From an uncultured Leptospiraceae bacterium (lineage in GTDB: Bacteria; Spirochaetota; Leptospiria; Leptospirales; Leptonemataceae), in NCBI GenBank assembly GCA_964585735.1, contig CAZPFB010000012.1:1937-65936 (forward strand): DNA of 64,000 bases, in the 5' to 3' direction. A program made the position numbers and the translations under genes. The notes under the pieces were generated by a model. That model searched no databases, was not told the DNA's origin, and worked only from the letters and a program-made list of their open reading frames with translations. Below are positions 17,690-27,946 of the stretch, piece by piece (within the stretch, counting starts at the first letter, position 1; the number at the start of each line of letters is the position of its first letter).

Positions 17690-18679
17690 ATGGAACTTCC
17701 CCTTGTAACAGTTGGTATCGTCAGCTACAATCGCCTGCACTACTTGAGGTCCCTGATCGTTTCCCTCAGAGCGTGCTTGGACTACCCCTCGGTACAGTGG
17801 ATCTTGGTAGACGGGAACTCGGAAGAACCGGGGCTTCGGGAGTATGTCGAGTCCCTGGACTTCTTTGAGCACCGCATCTTCAAGACCTGTACGCACGCAG
17901 AGGCCATGAACATAATTGTTGAACGGTCGAAAGCGCGCTATGTGATGATCTTGCCTGAGGATGTACAGTTCATTTTGAAGGGCCGCTGGATGGAGGACCT
18001 GGTCGAGCTTGTGGAGCGACACGCCGAGATCGGGCATGTCGTTTTCAATGTGCAGCGGCAGTGCACGATACGGGAGGCCTTCGGCCCGCGCCGGGTTCAG
18101 TTTCGTGGTCGGGAGGTGCGACTTCCCTTCGTCAGGCGCCTTTATCGCGTCTACAGAACCGCGAGCGGGCGCGAGTTTCTCGGGTTCGGGGGTACCCGCG
18201 ATGGAATCGCCGGTGCGGGAATACTTTCTTTCGGGCGGACATCCATCTGGACCCGCCTCGGGCCGTGGAGAGCGAGGCAGCCCCAGGCTTCCGCTGAGAA
18301 TGACTCAAGCCTCGGCGCAGAGGCCGACATGCTGGATCGCTTTCGGAGGGCGGGCCTTGGCCTGGAAAGCGTGATGATGAGGTATCCCGTGGCGGCTGAC
18401 ATCCTGACGGACCCGCGGGGTACGAAAGCGCGCGTGCGGGCCGGAAACCGGCGATACGGCCGTTACGTTCCCGCCGGCCCAGGCGACCTCTACTATGAAA
18501 TTCACGAAGAAGCAGATCTGCTCAAGTTTGTCGACATGAAGCCCGCGCCCGGATTTGAGACATACGTGATTCCGCGTGGATTTGAGCTTCCCCTGGATTC
18601 CAATGGAGACCTTCTGAAGGTCGACGTCATCAATGATGCGGAGCCATTCGATCTGATTGGTGCAGACCATGCCCATTGA
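17690..18679 (+). CDS. family 2 glycosyltransferase
   Basis: VTVGIVSYNRLHYLRSLIVSL...WILVDGNSEEPG N-terminal GT2 signature. Confidence 0.8.
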   Translation: MELPLVTVGIVSYNRLHYLRSLIVSLRACLDYPSVQWILVDGNSEEPGLREYVESLDFFEHRIFKTCTHAEAMNIIVERSKARYVMILPEDVQFILKGRWMEDLVELVERHAEIGHVVFNVQRQCTIREAFGPRRVQFRGREVRLPFVRRLYRVYRTASGREFLGFGGTRDGIAGAGILSFGRTSIWTRLGPWRARQPQASAENDSSLGAEADMLDRFRRAGLGLESVMMRYPVAADILTDPRGTKARVRAGNRRYGRYVPAGPGDLYYEIHEEADLLKFVDMKPAPGFETYVIPRGFELPLDSNGDLLKVDVINDAEPFDLIGADHAH

Positions 18680-19397
18680 GGCCGGCAAGAAACGCCTTCT
18701 TCGTGATCTTGGCTACTCAGTGAGGCGCTACTATGTTGATGAGTTCCACATCAGACAGGTCGCATCTACCTTTCGCCCCGACGAAGCCATTCTGGATATG
18801 GGGGGGAGAAAGGTAAGAAAGAGCGGCCGCTTCAATATCGAGGAATTCTGTACCAACGTCCGGTACGCCAATATTGAACCAAGCTGTGAACCTGATTTCT
18901 TGTGTGACATAGCCTCGGTCCCGGCAGCGGATGAGTCGTTTGACGGGATCATTCTTTCGGAGACGCTGGAGCATGTCGAGGATCCGGTGGCCGTGCTAAA
19001 GGAAGCGGGCCGCCTGTTGCGACCGGGTGGGCGCCTCCTGATTTGCACTCCGTTCCTTTACCATGTGCATGGCGATCCGAAGGACTACGGTCGCTACACG
19101 GCGCATTTCTACAGGACCGTCTTATCCCGAATCGGTTTGCGTGAGGTGCATCTGGAGTCGCAGGGGGGCTTCTTCGCTACCGTTTTCGGGATGCTTCGCT
19201 CTTTCTTGTATGAGATACGAGAGCGTACGCCGCTCGGCACGCACCTCTGGGCTCGAATACTGATCGGTGCGTGCAACCGGATCTTGGTCCGTGCCGCCTT
19301 CTGGCTGGACCGGAGGACTTGGGTAGAGGAGAACTGGATGTGCCGCGGAACGACGACCGGCTACGGCATCATCTGCGCCAAAACCGGATGGCTCTGA
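18657..19397 (+). CDS. class I SAM-dependent methyltransferase
   Basis: ILDMGGRK, FDGIILSETLEHVEDP and LLRPGGRLLICTP. The start could instead be ATG 18669. Confidence 0.75.
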   Translation: MVQTMPIEAGKKRLLRDLGYSVRRYYVDEFHIRQVASTFRPDEAILDMGGRKVRKSGRFNIEEFCTNVRYANIEPSCEPDFLCDIASVPAADESFDGIILSETLEHVEDPVAVLKEAGRLLRPGGRLLICTPFLYHVHGDPKDYGRYTAHFYRTVLSRIGLREVHLESQGGFFATVFGMLRSFLYEIRERTPLGTHLWARILIGACNRILVRAAFWLDRRTWVEENWMCRGTTTGYGIICAKTGWL

Positions 19398-19416
19398 CGC
19401 GGATCCGGCTCTTGGC

Positions 19417-20523
19417 TTGAGGAGTAGCACAGTGGGTTTCATCGCACGAGCAGCCGCGAGTTTCGCACGGCGCTTGGCCCGCTGGGGGCTTTCGGCCGTG
19501 GCGCCGGTCGTTCCGTTTCGCGAGCGGAATCTCACGATCGTCAATGACGGTGCGGGTTGGATCTTGGACGAACTGGCTGCGAACATGCAGCAGTCAATGT
19601 TGGAGTGCGGCTGGAAGGCTGCGGTTTCGTCTCCAACATGGGCCTTTCGGGAGCACGTCTTTCTGTGCGACCAGTTCGCGCTTCGGCAGATGGCGGGTAT
19701 GCATCCTTCGGTCCGCCTGTCTTTTGCGTACTTCCACGGGGACCCCGGCCAGGGGCAGGAGTTTGCCTCACTCTTTGAACTCGTTCGACGGAACTGTGGC
19801 CGCTTCTTTCGCGTCCAAGTCACCCACGACCAAATGCAACAAGTTTGCCTGGAGGCAGGGTTGAGTTCCTCTCAGGTGCGGAAGATCCCGATAGGCGTCG
19901 ATTGTGCAACGTTCCGTCCCACAAGCGTCGACGCCAGATCGTATTCGCGCAGGCGACTGGGCCTCCCGGAATCGGCATTCGTGATCGGATCTTTTCAGAA
20001 GGACGGCATCGGATGGGCTGATGGTTTTGAGCCGAAGCTCATCAAGGGACCTGACGTCTTCGTTGCGGTTCTTGCCAGGCTTCGTGAAGAAGGCGTTGAG
20101 CCGCATGTTCTTCTGACCGGCCCCGCGCGTGGCTATGTCAAGCGCGGACTCAGCGAACTGAGCGTGCCTTTTGTGCATGTAATGGCCGAAGACAGCAGGC
20201 GAATCGCGGAGCTATACAGTGCGCTCGACTGCTACCTCATAACGGCTCGCGTCGAGGGGGGGCCGAAGGGCGCTCTGGACGCGATGGCCTCAGGGATTCC
20301 CGTTGTTTCGACTCGGGTTGGTCAAGCGCAGGAAATCATTCAGCACCGCGTGAACGGCTATCTGGCTCCGGTGGGTGATGTGGAATCGCTCACGGCGTGC
20401 GTTCTGGATGTGATGGCCAAACGCGATGGCGACATTCCCCAGAAGGGGATCGCATCGGCACGGGTCCATGACTACCGAGCGCAGGGAGCCCTCTGGAGGG
20501 AATTCTTTGAGTCTCCCGCCTGA
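19417..20523 (+). CDS. GT-B glycosyltransferase, family 1/4 type
   Basis: C-terminal EX7E-type region RVEGGPKGALDAMASGIPVVSTRVGQAQEIIQHRVNGYL. Confidence 0.8.
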   Translation: MRSSTVGFIARAAASFARRLARWGLSAVAPVVPFRERNLTIVNDGAGWILDELAANMQQSMLECGWKAAVSSPTWAFREHVFLCDQFALRQMAGMHPSVRLSFAYFHGDPGQGQEFASLFELVRRNCGRFFRVQVTHDQMQQVCLEAGLSSSQVRKIPIGVDCATFRPTSVDARSYSRRRLGLPESAFVIGSFQKDGIGWADGFEPKLIKGPDVFVAVLARLREEGVEPHVLLTGPARGYVKRGLSELSVPFVHVMAEDSRRIAELYSALDCYLITARVEGGPKGALDAMASGIPVVSTRVGQAQEIIQHRVNGYLAPVGDVESLTACVLDVMAKRDGDIPQKGIASARVHDYRAQGALWREFFESPA

Positions 20524-20554
20524 AATCTCCAGAGAATTCCGGCGCGTTTCGGCG

Positions 20555-21505
20555 GTGAGCCGACTCGTCGGCGGTGACCCTCTTGTAATCGTGCACGACT
20601 TCGTGTCCCCCCCGTACGGCGGGGGGAATCAGTTCTTGTTGGGTCTGAGGAGGTACCTGCTTGCGCAGGGCATTGGTGTGGGCACGAACAGAATCGGCTC
20701 GAGGGCAAAGGCGATCCTGTTCAACTCATTCAACTTCGACTTTGCCCCCTTGAGACGAGCACCGCGGAAGCGTTTGCGGATGATCCACCGCGTTGACGGA
20801 CCCATCGCTGGCTATCGAGGATATGACGATGGCACGGACCAGCGGATCAGCGACATAAACCGGGAGCTCGCCGACGTCACGATTTTCCAGAGCGAGTACA
20901 GCCTGATGGCGCACGAGGAGCGCGGGCTGGAACTGCGCAGGCCCGTCGTCATCCCGAATGCGGCCGATCCGGAGATCTTCCACGCCCGGGGCAGACGCTC
21001 ATTCGACCCCAGTCAAAAGGTTCGCGTCGTTGCCGCGGCATGGTCCGACAATGTCAGGAAAGGAGCTGACGCGTTACAGTGGCTGGATGGGCACTTAGAC
21101 TTTGATCGATACTCGGTTACGTTCGTTGGACGGATTGGCAGCTTTCGATTTCGCAATATCGAGGTTCTCGCCCCCGTAACCTCCCGGCAATTGGCCGAGA
21201 TCCTTCGGGATCACGACGTGTACTTGGCTCCGAGCATGAACGATCCCTGCTCTAACGCTCTCATTGAAGCCATGGCGTGTGGTCTCCCGGTTGTGTTCCT
21301 GCGCTCGGGCGGTCACCCGGAGCTCGTTGCGCAGGGTGGTTGCGGTTTCGATGCCGTAGAGGAAATCCCTGCTGCGCTGGCTCGGTTGGTTGCTGGCTAT
21401 CGGCGTTTTCAGGGCTCCTTAAGCCCACCGAGAATGACCCACGTTGCCCGCCTCTACTTAGAAGCTGCGGCAGGCCGACTGGGCGAAGCAAGAGATCGCG
21501 GTTAA
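20555..21505 (+). CDS. GT-B glycosyltransferase, family 1/4 type
   Basis: NDPCSNALIEAMACGLPVVFLRSGGHPELV. Start tentatively placed at GTG 20555. The listed start 20426 overlaps the upstream gene by about 100 nt. Confidence 0.75.
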   Translation: MSRLVGGDPLVIVHDFVSPPYGGGNQFLLGLRRYLLAQGIGVGTNRIGSRAKAILFNSFNFDFAPLRRAPRKRLRMIHRVDGPIAGYRGYDDGTDQRISDINRELADVTIFQSEYSLMAHEERGLELRRPVVIPNAADPEIFHARGRRSFDPSQKVRVVAAAWSDNVRKGADALQWLDGHLDFDRYSVTFVGRIGSFRFRNIEVLAPVTSRQLAEILRDHDVYLAPSMNDPCSNALIEAMACGLPVVFLRSGGHPELVAQGGCGFDAVEEIPAALARLVAGYRRFQGSLSPPRMTHVARLYLEAAAGRLGEARDRG

Positions 21506-21514
21506 GGGGCATCA

Positions 21515-22537
21515 ATGAGTGTGAACAAACATCGATTCCTCGTGAGCGGGGCTGCCGGGTTCATCGGCTATCACCTTGCCGCGCGGTTGCTGTCGGAAGG
21601 TAGCTTGGTTTTCGGCGTCGACAACATTAGTGACTACTACGACGTGAGGCTGAAGGAGGCTCGCCTGGACCGCCTGATACAGAGGCCGGGATTCACGTTC
21701 CGCAGGCTCGACATCGGTGATGTATCAGCTCTGCACAGCGCGTTTGAGGACGCACAGGCCGATATGATTATCCACCTCGCAGCCCAAGTGGGCGTACGTT
21801 ATTCAGTCGTCAATCCGCTTGCCTACGCAGAAACGAACCTGGTCGGATTCACAAACGTTCTCGAAGCCGCGAGGCAGTTCAAAGCCCAGCATCTCATTTA
21901 CGCCTCGTCGAGTTCAGTCTACGGGGCCAGCCGCAAGATACCCTTCCGCGCCGCGGATGGGGCCGACCATCCCCTCAGCCTGTACGGCGCGACGAAGCGG
22001 GCGAACGAACTGATGGCCCATGCGTACAGCCACCTCTACGGGCTGCCCACCACGGGGCTGCGGTTCTTCACCGTCTACGGGCCATGGGGTCGTCCGGACA
22101 TGGCGCTCTTCATGTTCACGGATGCAATAGTTCGGGGCAAACCCATATCCGTGTTCAACAACGGACACATGAGTCGCGACCTTACCTACGTTGACGACGT
22201 AGTGGAGTCCATGGTCAGACTAACTGATCGGGTTGCCAGCCCGGATCCAAACTGGGACGCGTCAGCTCCCCGGCCGGACACCAGTGCCGCTCCCTACCGC
22301 GTGTTCAATATCGGGAACCGGACCTCCGTTCCGCTTCTTGAGCTGATCTCAGCGGTGGAACAGGCGGTCGGGAGCCCGGCCAAGCTGATTCTTTCACCAG
22401 CGCAGCCCGGGGACGTGCTGGACACTCTTGCGGATGTGAGGGATCTGGAAGAGGCCATCGACTTCCAGCCCGATACTCCTCTTTCGGTGGGTGTGCGCCG
22501 CTTCGTAGACTGGTACCGGATGTTCTATAAGATATGA
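21515..22537 (+). CDS. NAD-dependent nucleotide-sugar epimerase (UDP-glucuronate 4-epimerase-like)
   Basis: FLVSGAAGFIGYHLAARLL, YGATKRANE (YxxxK) and the overall extended-SDR layout. Confidence 0.85.
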   Translation: MSVNKHRFLVSGAAGFIGYHLAARLLSEGSLVFGVDNISDYYDVRLKEARLDRLIQRPGFTFRRLDIGDVSALHSAFEDAQADMIIHLAAQVGVRYSVVNPLAYAETNLVGFTNVLEAARQFKAQHLIYASSSSVYGASRKIPFRAADGADHPLSLYGATKRANELMAHAYSHLYGLPTTGLRFFTVYGPWGRPDMALFMFTDAIVRGKPISVFNNGHMSRDLTYVDDVVESMVRLTDRVASPDPNWDASAPRPDTSAAPYRVFNIGNRTSVPLLELISAVEQAVGSPAKLILSPAQPGDVLDTLADVRDLEEAIDFQPDTPLSVGVRRFVDWYRMFYKI

Positions 22538-22557
22538 CTCGTGGATCGTGACGAGAC

Positions 22558-23652
22558 TTGCGCCACCTAATTCGCAGATTCCGACAACTGGTCGATCGTT
22601 TTCACCTCCGCTGGCGCCTCGCGCGCCTCGCGGGCTCGAGGTCGCGCGGTGTACGTGTTTGCTATGGTGGCGTCCTCGACTCCTTCCGAGAAAGGACGAT
22701 CTCCGGTGGAGCCGTCAAGCTGCTCTCACTCATGGAGCAGTATCCCGATTCTCCGGACGCCTACAGCATCCTCTATCTAGTTTCGAGTGCCCTGCCTTCG
22801 CACTGGCAGGAGTGGGTCCGACACGCAAAGCGGATTGGTGCCCGAGTGGTTTTGAACCAAAACGGAGTGGCCTATCCCGGCTGGGCGGGGAAGCAGACCC
22901 GCCGGATCAACGACGAGCTCCGTGGGGCACTCGAGGCTGCCGATTTCATTCTCTATCAGAGTCGCTTCAGTCGCGATAGCTGCGATCGCTTCCTGTCAGT
23001 TGCCAAATGCCCCCACGAGGTGCTCACAAACTGTGTGAATACCGCGGAGTTCCATCCGGGGCCTGATCGCGATGCTGATGTGTGGCGACTGGTGTCCACC
23101 GGCTCACATCACGAGCCCTACCGATTGCTGAGTGCGCTTGCATCCGTAGCTATTCTCAAACGGCGGGGTCGGCCTGTCACGTTCCGCATAGCTGGTCGCA
23201 TCGCCTGGCCCGGCGGCGAGCACCATGTTCGCGAAGTGGCCGCCGAACTGAACGTCGACGGGCACATTGAGATCACCGGACCGTACTCGCAGTCAGAGGC
23301 TCCCTCCATCTACCGTTCGGTACATATCCTGCTTCATCCTAAGTATAAGGATCCATGTCCGACAGTCGTACTCGAGGCCATGGCCTGCGGTGTCCCGGTA
23401 GTTGGTTCGGCGAGCGGGGGCATGCCGGAACTCGTGGGAAACGATGGGGGGCTTCTGCTGCCCGTCCCGGATGACTGGAATGCACTGCACGCCCCCGAGG
23501 CCGAGGCTGTGGCCGACGCCGTTGAAGCCGTCATGGATGATTGGCCATCCTGGAGCGTCGGCGCGAGGGCGCGGGCAGCGAATCTGTTCAGCCTGCCGCA
23601 TTGGCTGAACACGCATACGCGGGTCTTCACTGCGTTGACCGGGGTCAGTTAG
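22558..23652 (+). CDS. GT-B glycosyltransferase, family 1/4 type
   Basis: HPKYKDPCPTVVLEAMACGVPVVGSASGGMPELV. Confidence 0.8.
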   Translation: MRHLIRRFRQLVDRFHLRWRLARLAGSRSRGVRVCYGGVLDSFRERTISGGAVKLLSLMEQYPDSPDAYSILYLVSSALPSHWQEWVRHAKRIGARVVLNQNGVAYPGWAGKQTRRINDELRGALEAADFILYQSRFSRDSCDRFLSVAKCPHEVLTNCVNTAEFHPGPDRDADVWRLVSTGSHHEPYRLLSALASVAILKRRGRPVTFRIAGRIAWPGGEHHVREVAAELNVDGHIEITGPYSQSEAPSIYRSVHILLHPKYKDPCPTVVLEAMACGVPVVGSASGGMPELVGNDGGLLLPVPDDWNALHAPEAEAVADAVEAVMDDWPSWSVGARARAANLFSLPHWLNTHTRVFTALTGVS

Positions 23653-23662
23653 TATTTGTCCC

Positions 23663-24667
23663 ATGAGGGATCCTCGGGTTTCCATCATTCTGCCGGTCTT
23701 CAATGCCGCGGAGTTTGTCGAAGGCGCCATCAGGAGCATCTTGGAGCAGTCCTTTTCTGATCTCGAGTTGATCGTGATCGATGACGGATCGCAAGACGAT
23801 AGCGCCGGAATCATCGACAGCGTTTCCGATGACCGAATCGTTGTCCTCCGCAATCCCCGCAACCTTGGCCTCACGGACACACTCAACCGCGGGCTGGACG
23901 CGGCCCGCGGGGACTACATCGCCCGCATGGATGCTGATGATGTGTCACTTCCAAACCGACTCCGAGTACAGGTTGCATTTCTGGACCATCGTCCTGATCT
24001 GGCTGCTGCGGGCTCCTTCGCGTCGGCCCGCGATGGATCCGGCCGCGAATCCGTTTGGAGGATGCCGCAAGGGCCCGATGAAATCCGCGTGGCTCTGCGA
24101 TTCGAGAACGCGCTACTGCATCCCACGGTCATGCTCCGTGGTGCCGTCGTTCGCAAATGGGGGCTGCGATATGCTCATTTCCCAAACGCCGAGGACTGGG
24201 AAATGTGGCTGCGGATCAGCCGACTGGCGCCGATGGCGAACATCCCGGAAACGCTCGTCATCTATAGGCTTCATGATGGCAGCGTGTCGATGCGAAACCG
24301 CGCCTCAACGCGGCAGACCGCAGAGAAGATTCTGAGGTCATGTGTGCGCGAGTTCGGGCTGGAGAACCACGCGCTACGTGAAACGCACAAGGACCTGTCC
24401 CGGGCTTTCGAACCGTTCAGCGGCCGAGGTGCGGATGCTCTACGCCGCAACGCCGCGTGGGTCCATGTCCTCCTCGAAGCCAACCGAGCCAAACGCCTGT
24501 TGACGCCGGACGTGCTGGGCGGCTTTCTGGTGAATCGCCTATATGAGGTCATGCGCGCCAACCTCGGTGCGGTGAGTACCAAGAGCCTGTTCACACAGGC
24601 AGAGTACTTGGTGCTGCCCTTCCTCGCCCGTGCCAAACTCATCGCCTCCAGGGCTTTTCGAGCATGA
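23663..24667 (+). CDS. family 2 glycosyltransferase
   Basis: VSIILPVFNAAEFVEGAIRSILEQSFSDLELIVIDDGSQDDS and ARMDADD (DxD). Confidence 0.85.
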   Translation: MRDPRVSIILPVFNAAEFVEGAIRSILEQSFSDLELIVIDDGSQDDSAGIIDSVSDDRIVVLRNPRNLGLTDTLNRGLDAARGDYIARMDADDVSLPNRLRVQVAFLDHRPDLAAAGSFASARDGSGRESVWRMPQGPDEIRVALRFENALLHPTVMLRGAVVRKWGLRYAHFPNAEDWEMWLRISRLAPMANIPETLVIYRLHDGSVSMRNRASTRQTAEKILRSCVREFGLENHALRETHKDLSRAFEPFSGRGADALRRNAAWVHVLLEANRAKRLLTPDVLGGFLVNRLYEVMRANLGAVSTKSLFTQAEYLVLPFLARAKLIASRAFRA

Positions 24668-25569
24668 CCGGCGCACCGGAGATCAGCGTGGTTGTTTGCA
24701 CGTTCAACCGGGCACGCTTGCTTCGGGGTTGCCTCGATTCGCTCGACGAGCAGACCGCACCGAACACGACCTTTGAAGTGATCGTCGTGGACAATAACTC
24801 CACGGACGAAACACTTGGCGTCTGTTCCGAACGCGCGAAGCGGAGGCCGAACCTGCGCACGGTGCTGGAGCCGTTGCAGGGACTCAGTCACGCGCGGAAT
24901 CGAGGGATACGAGAGGCCCGGGGGCAGTACGTGGCCTACATCGACGATGACGCGCGCGCATTCCCCGACTGGGTGGAGCACATGTTGTCCTTCGCCCGTC
25001 GGCGACCCGACGTAGGCGCCTACGGGGGTCCGTACTCCGCCTTCTCCGAAGTGCCGCCGCCCAAGTGGTTTCCGAGGGATTACGGCATCCTCGATCTCGG
25101 CACCGAGGAGCGAGAACTCGATATCGGGCGCGAATGGATCACCGGCAGCAACATGGTTTTTCGCAAGGCGCTCCTGCTCGATATGGGTGGATTCAACGTT
25201 GAACTCGGCATGAAGGGCAACGAAGTGGCCTACGGGGAGGAAGCGCAGCTCCTGCTTGGCATGAAAGCGCGCGGGATCCCGGTGTATGCTGTTCCGGCCA
25301 TGCGGGTGGAGCACTTGATTGCCGACTACAAGATGAGCCTGCGCTGGCTGCTCATGTCCCGCTACCGAGCGGGTAGGGGCTACGTGTTGCAGCAGGGCGG
25401 CCCGCGGAGCCTCTGGTCGCATCTGCGCTGGTCAGTCTGGGCGGCCGGAAGGGCTGTTGTTCGACTGCTGGCCGGACCCGGCCCTGCCAGGGGCCGGTTA
25501 TACGACGCGCTCGCCCCCCTAGCCTACGAAACGGGCGCGGTGGTCGATTACTTCACCCATCGGAAGTAG
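24664..25569 (+). CDS. family 2 glycosyltransferase
   Basis: ISVVVCTFNRARLLRGCLDSLDEQT...VIVVDNNSTDET and YIDDDA. ATGA overlap with the upstream gene. Confidence 0.85.
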   Translation: MTGAPEISVVVCTFNRARLLRGCLDSLDEQTAPNTTFEVIVVDNNSTDETLGVCSERAKRRPNLRTVLEPLQGLSHARNRGIREARGQYVAYIDDDARAFPDWVEHMLSFARRRPDVGAYGGPYSAFSEVPPPKWFPRDYGILDLGTEERELDIGREWITGSNMVFRKALLLDMGGFNVELGMKGNEVAYGEEAQLLLGMKARGIPVYAVPAMRVEHLIADYKMSLRWLLMSRYRAGRGYVLQQGGPRSLWSHLRWSVWAAGRAVVRLLAGPGPARGRLYDALAPLAYETGAVVDYFTHRK

Positions 25570-25669
25570 CACAATGTTTTCGGACCACCGTTTCCTCTTG
25601 CGAGGCCCTGTGAAGGCTGTCCGGACGCGACTCACGCCCAGAGTGTGACCTTTTCGGGGAGTAGTCCAG

Positions 25670-26587
25670 GTGTCATTTGACGTACCTGTAGCGATCATCT
25701 TCTTCAACCGGCCGGATCTGCTGGAGCTTTGTTTCGCGCGCGTCCGTGATGCTCGCCCCCGCCGGTTGTTCCTGATCAGCGACGGGCCGCGCGAACATGT
25801 TGCGGGGGAGAGCGCCCTGGTGCGCCGGTGTCGAGAGATTGTCTCCAAGGTCGATTGGCAATGTGACGTCACGCGCAACTATGCCGACCAGAACCGGGGC
25901 TGCAGGGAGGGTCCGATAGCCGGGTTTAACAACGTCCTTGCGGACGCGGACCGCGGGATCTTCTTGGAGGATGACTGCATTCCTCATCCTGATTTCTTCC
26001 GATTCTGCAAGGAGATGCTGGACCGCTACGAATCCGACGAGCGCATCATGTCCGTTTCGGGAGTCAACTTCGGCCCACTGGCGGGTGATGCCAGTAGCTA
26101 CTACTTCTCCCGGTATTTTCGCGGATGGGGCTGGGCAACCTGGCGCCGTGCATGGAAACACTTTGACTCCTTACTGGCGGCGTGGGATGCCTCCGCCGCG
26201 GCCAGCCTTCGTGATCTTCTCGACGATAAACGGGTGGCGGACTTTTGGTCTGGGGCATTCGACCGAGTTAAGCATGATGGCTTGGACGCTTGGGACTACC
26301 AATGGACCTTCGCACACCTCATGAACAACGGCCTCAGCATCATTCCATCGGTGAACTTGGTTACGAACCGTGGTTTTCGTGCCGATGGTACGCATACGCG
26401 CCACCGCAGTCGGCTCGGCGGGCAACTCGCGACGGCCTTGCCCGAATCGCTGGTCCATCCGCGTTTTGTCTTCCGGAACGCGCGGTTGGACCGGCTCACG
26501 GAGTACCGGCAGTTCGGTGTCGTGCGCTGGCGTGCTGCTCTGCTGGGCCAGATCGGCCGCCTCTTGTCACCGCTGCGCCGCGGATGA
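25670..26587 (+). CDS. GT-A-like putative glycosyltransferase with EDD motif, paralog A
   Basis: VAIIFFNRPD N-terminus, FLEDDCIP, and WGWATWRRAW / WDYQWTF blocks. Roughly half of its residues are identical to 29280..30194 by eye. Confidence 0.55.
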   Translation: MSFDVPVAIIFFNRPDLLELCFARVRDARPRRLFLISDGPREHVAGESALVRRCREIVSKVDWQCDVTRNYADQNRGCREGPIAGFNNVLADADRGIFLEDDCIPHPDFFRFCKEMLDRYESDERIMSVSGVNFGPLAGDASSYYFSRYFRGWGWATWRRAWKHFDSLLAAWDASAAASLRDLLDDKRVADFWSGAFDRVKHDGLDAWDYQWTFAHLMNNGLSIIPSVNLVTNRGFRADGTHTRHRSRLGGQLATALPESLVHPRFVFRNARLDRLTEYRQFGVVRWRAALLGQIGRLLSPLRRG

Positions 26588-26630
26588 ACAAGTGCGCCAG
26601 TATGTGTGCATGGGGCTTCCCCGGTCATTG

Positions 26631-27809
26631 ATGAGCCTCCGACGAGTTACCCACCTGTTCGCCCTTTTGGTGAAACGGCTGCTTCTTTTCCTGCACGATG
26701 CGCTGTTTCATCGTCGACCCAGAAGGCCCCCTGATGACTTGGTCCTCTTTGTCCGGATGGACGCCATCGGGGACTTTGTTTTGTGGGCGGACGCCGCGCG
26801 GGGATTCGCAGCAGCCCTTCCAGGCCGCCGGTTGGCGCTCGTCTGCAACTCCGTTTTTGCCGAGCTGGCCAGTGCAACGGGGTGGTTTCAAACCGTGGTC
26901 GCAGTGGACCGACAGCGCTTCTGCTCGCTGTTGTCAGGGTATCGGCGGTCTGTCCTTCGGAGGATTGCCGACCTGTCTGCGGGCACGGTCTTCAATCCAG
27001 TATACTCGAGGGATTTTGAGGCGGGTGACTGCCTGGTGCGCGCCAGCGGCGCGCAGGTGCGCGTTGGATGGAATGGTGACCGGGCGAACCTCCCGTGGAT
27101 CCTCCAGGTGATTAGCAATCGATGGTACACTTGCCTGCTTGAAGGGGAGCCGGGACCGATGCATGAAATCGACCGGAACGCGGAGTTTCTTCGGAATACG
27201 GTTGCTCCAGGTTTTCTGCCACGTCTTCCCAGCATTTCGCCGTTGGTCAGCACCGCGGTGCGTTTCCCTGGTCAGTACATTGTTGTTGTGCCGGGGGCGG
27301 GGAGCCCGGGCAGGACGTGGCCCGCGGAGCGTATGGGGGCCGTTGCCAGCCATATCGTACGGCAAACCGGGATGGCATGCCTGCTCTTGGGAACCAGCGC
27401 CGAAGCGGACCTGTGCGAGCGGGTCTCCTCCATGGTCACCGGACACGTTGAGAACTGGGCAGGTAAAACAGGCCCGTTAGAATTCGCTCGTCTCATAAAG
27501 GGCGCCAGTCTCGTCTTGGGGAATGATTCCGGTGCGGTGCATCTTGCGGCCGCCCAGGGTACTCCCTCGGTTTCCGTGCTTGGGGGCGGGCAGTTTGGTC
27601 GTTTCCAGCCTTGGCCCTTCCATCAGGGCGGTCCTGCACCGGAATCAGTGTGGAAGGAAATGTCCTGTTTCGGCTGCGATTGGAGGTGTATCTACCAACG
27701 GGCTGATCGCGCGCCTTTCCGTTGTGTCGAAGAGATTGCGGTGGAGGATGTCCTGAGGCGAGTGGATTCGATCCTTGCGAAACTCGCCCGCAAGCATTCT
27801 CGTCGCTGA
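26631..27809 (+). CDS. family 9 glycosyltransferase (heptosyltransferase-like), copy 1
   Basis: VRMDAIGDFVLW, VVVPGAGSPGRTWP and LVLGNDSGAVHLAAAQGTPSVSVLGG motifs. Start placed at ATG 26631. Confidence 0.8.
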   Translation: MSLRRVTHLFALLVKRLLLFLHDALFHRRPRRPPDDLVLFVRMDAIGDFVLWADAARGFAAALPGRRLALVCNSVFAELASATGWFQTVVAVDRQRFCSLLSGYRRSVLRRIADLSAGTVFNPVYSRDFEAGDCLVRASGAQVRVGWNGDRANLPWILQVISNRWYTCLLEGEPGPMHEIDRNAEFLRNTVAPGFLPRLPSISPLVSTAVRFPGQYIVVVPGAGSPGRTWPAERMGAVASHIVRQTGMACLLLGTSAEADLCERVSSMVTGHVENWAGKTGPLEFARLIKGASLVLGNDSGAVHLAAAQGTPSVSVLGGGQFGRFQPWPFHQGGPAPESVWKEMSCFGCDWRCIYQRADRAPFRCVEEIAVEDVLRRVDSILAKLARKHSRR

Positions 27810-27946
27810 TCAGCGGGGTAGGCCATGGCCTGAATTCGGCGCACCCATCGCCTTGGGATAGGCCTCCTCGTTCCGAGGCCACTCCATTTGGTGTGGCAGC
27901 GACTATGGGCAAGCACCTTCTCGACGTTGCGGGGGTCGAATAGGTA

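Noticed and set aside
24271-25422. 383-aa minus-strand ORF
   Set aside because: It is antisense to two well-supported GT2 genes and spans their junction. Its Arg/Ala/Pro/Gly-rich composition is typical of shadow ORFs in high-GC DNA.
27810-27946. 137-bp intergenic gap with a GGCCATGGCC palindrome and a short minus-strand reading frame
   Set aside because: I suspected a gene remnant or mobile-element scar. No recognisable domain, terminal repeat or direct repeat supports that.
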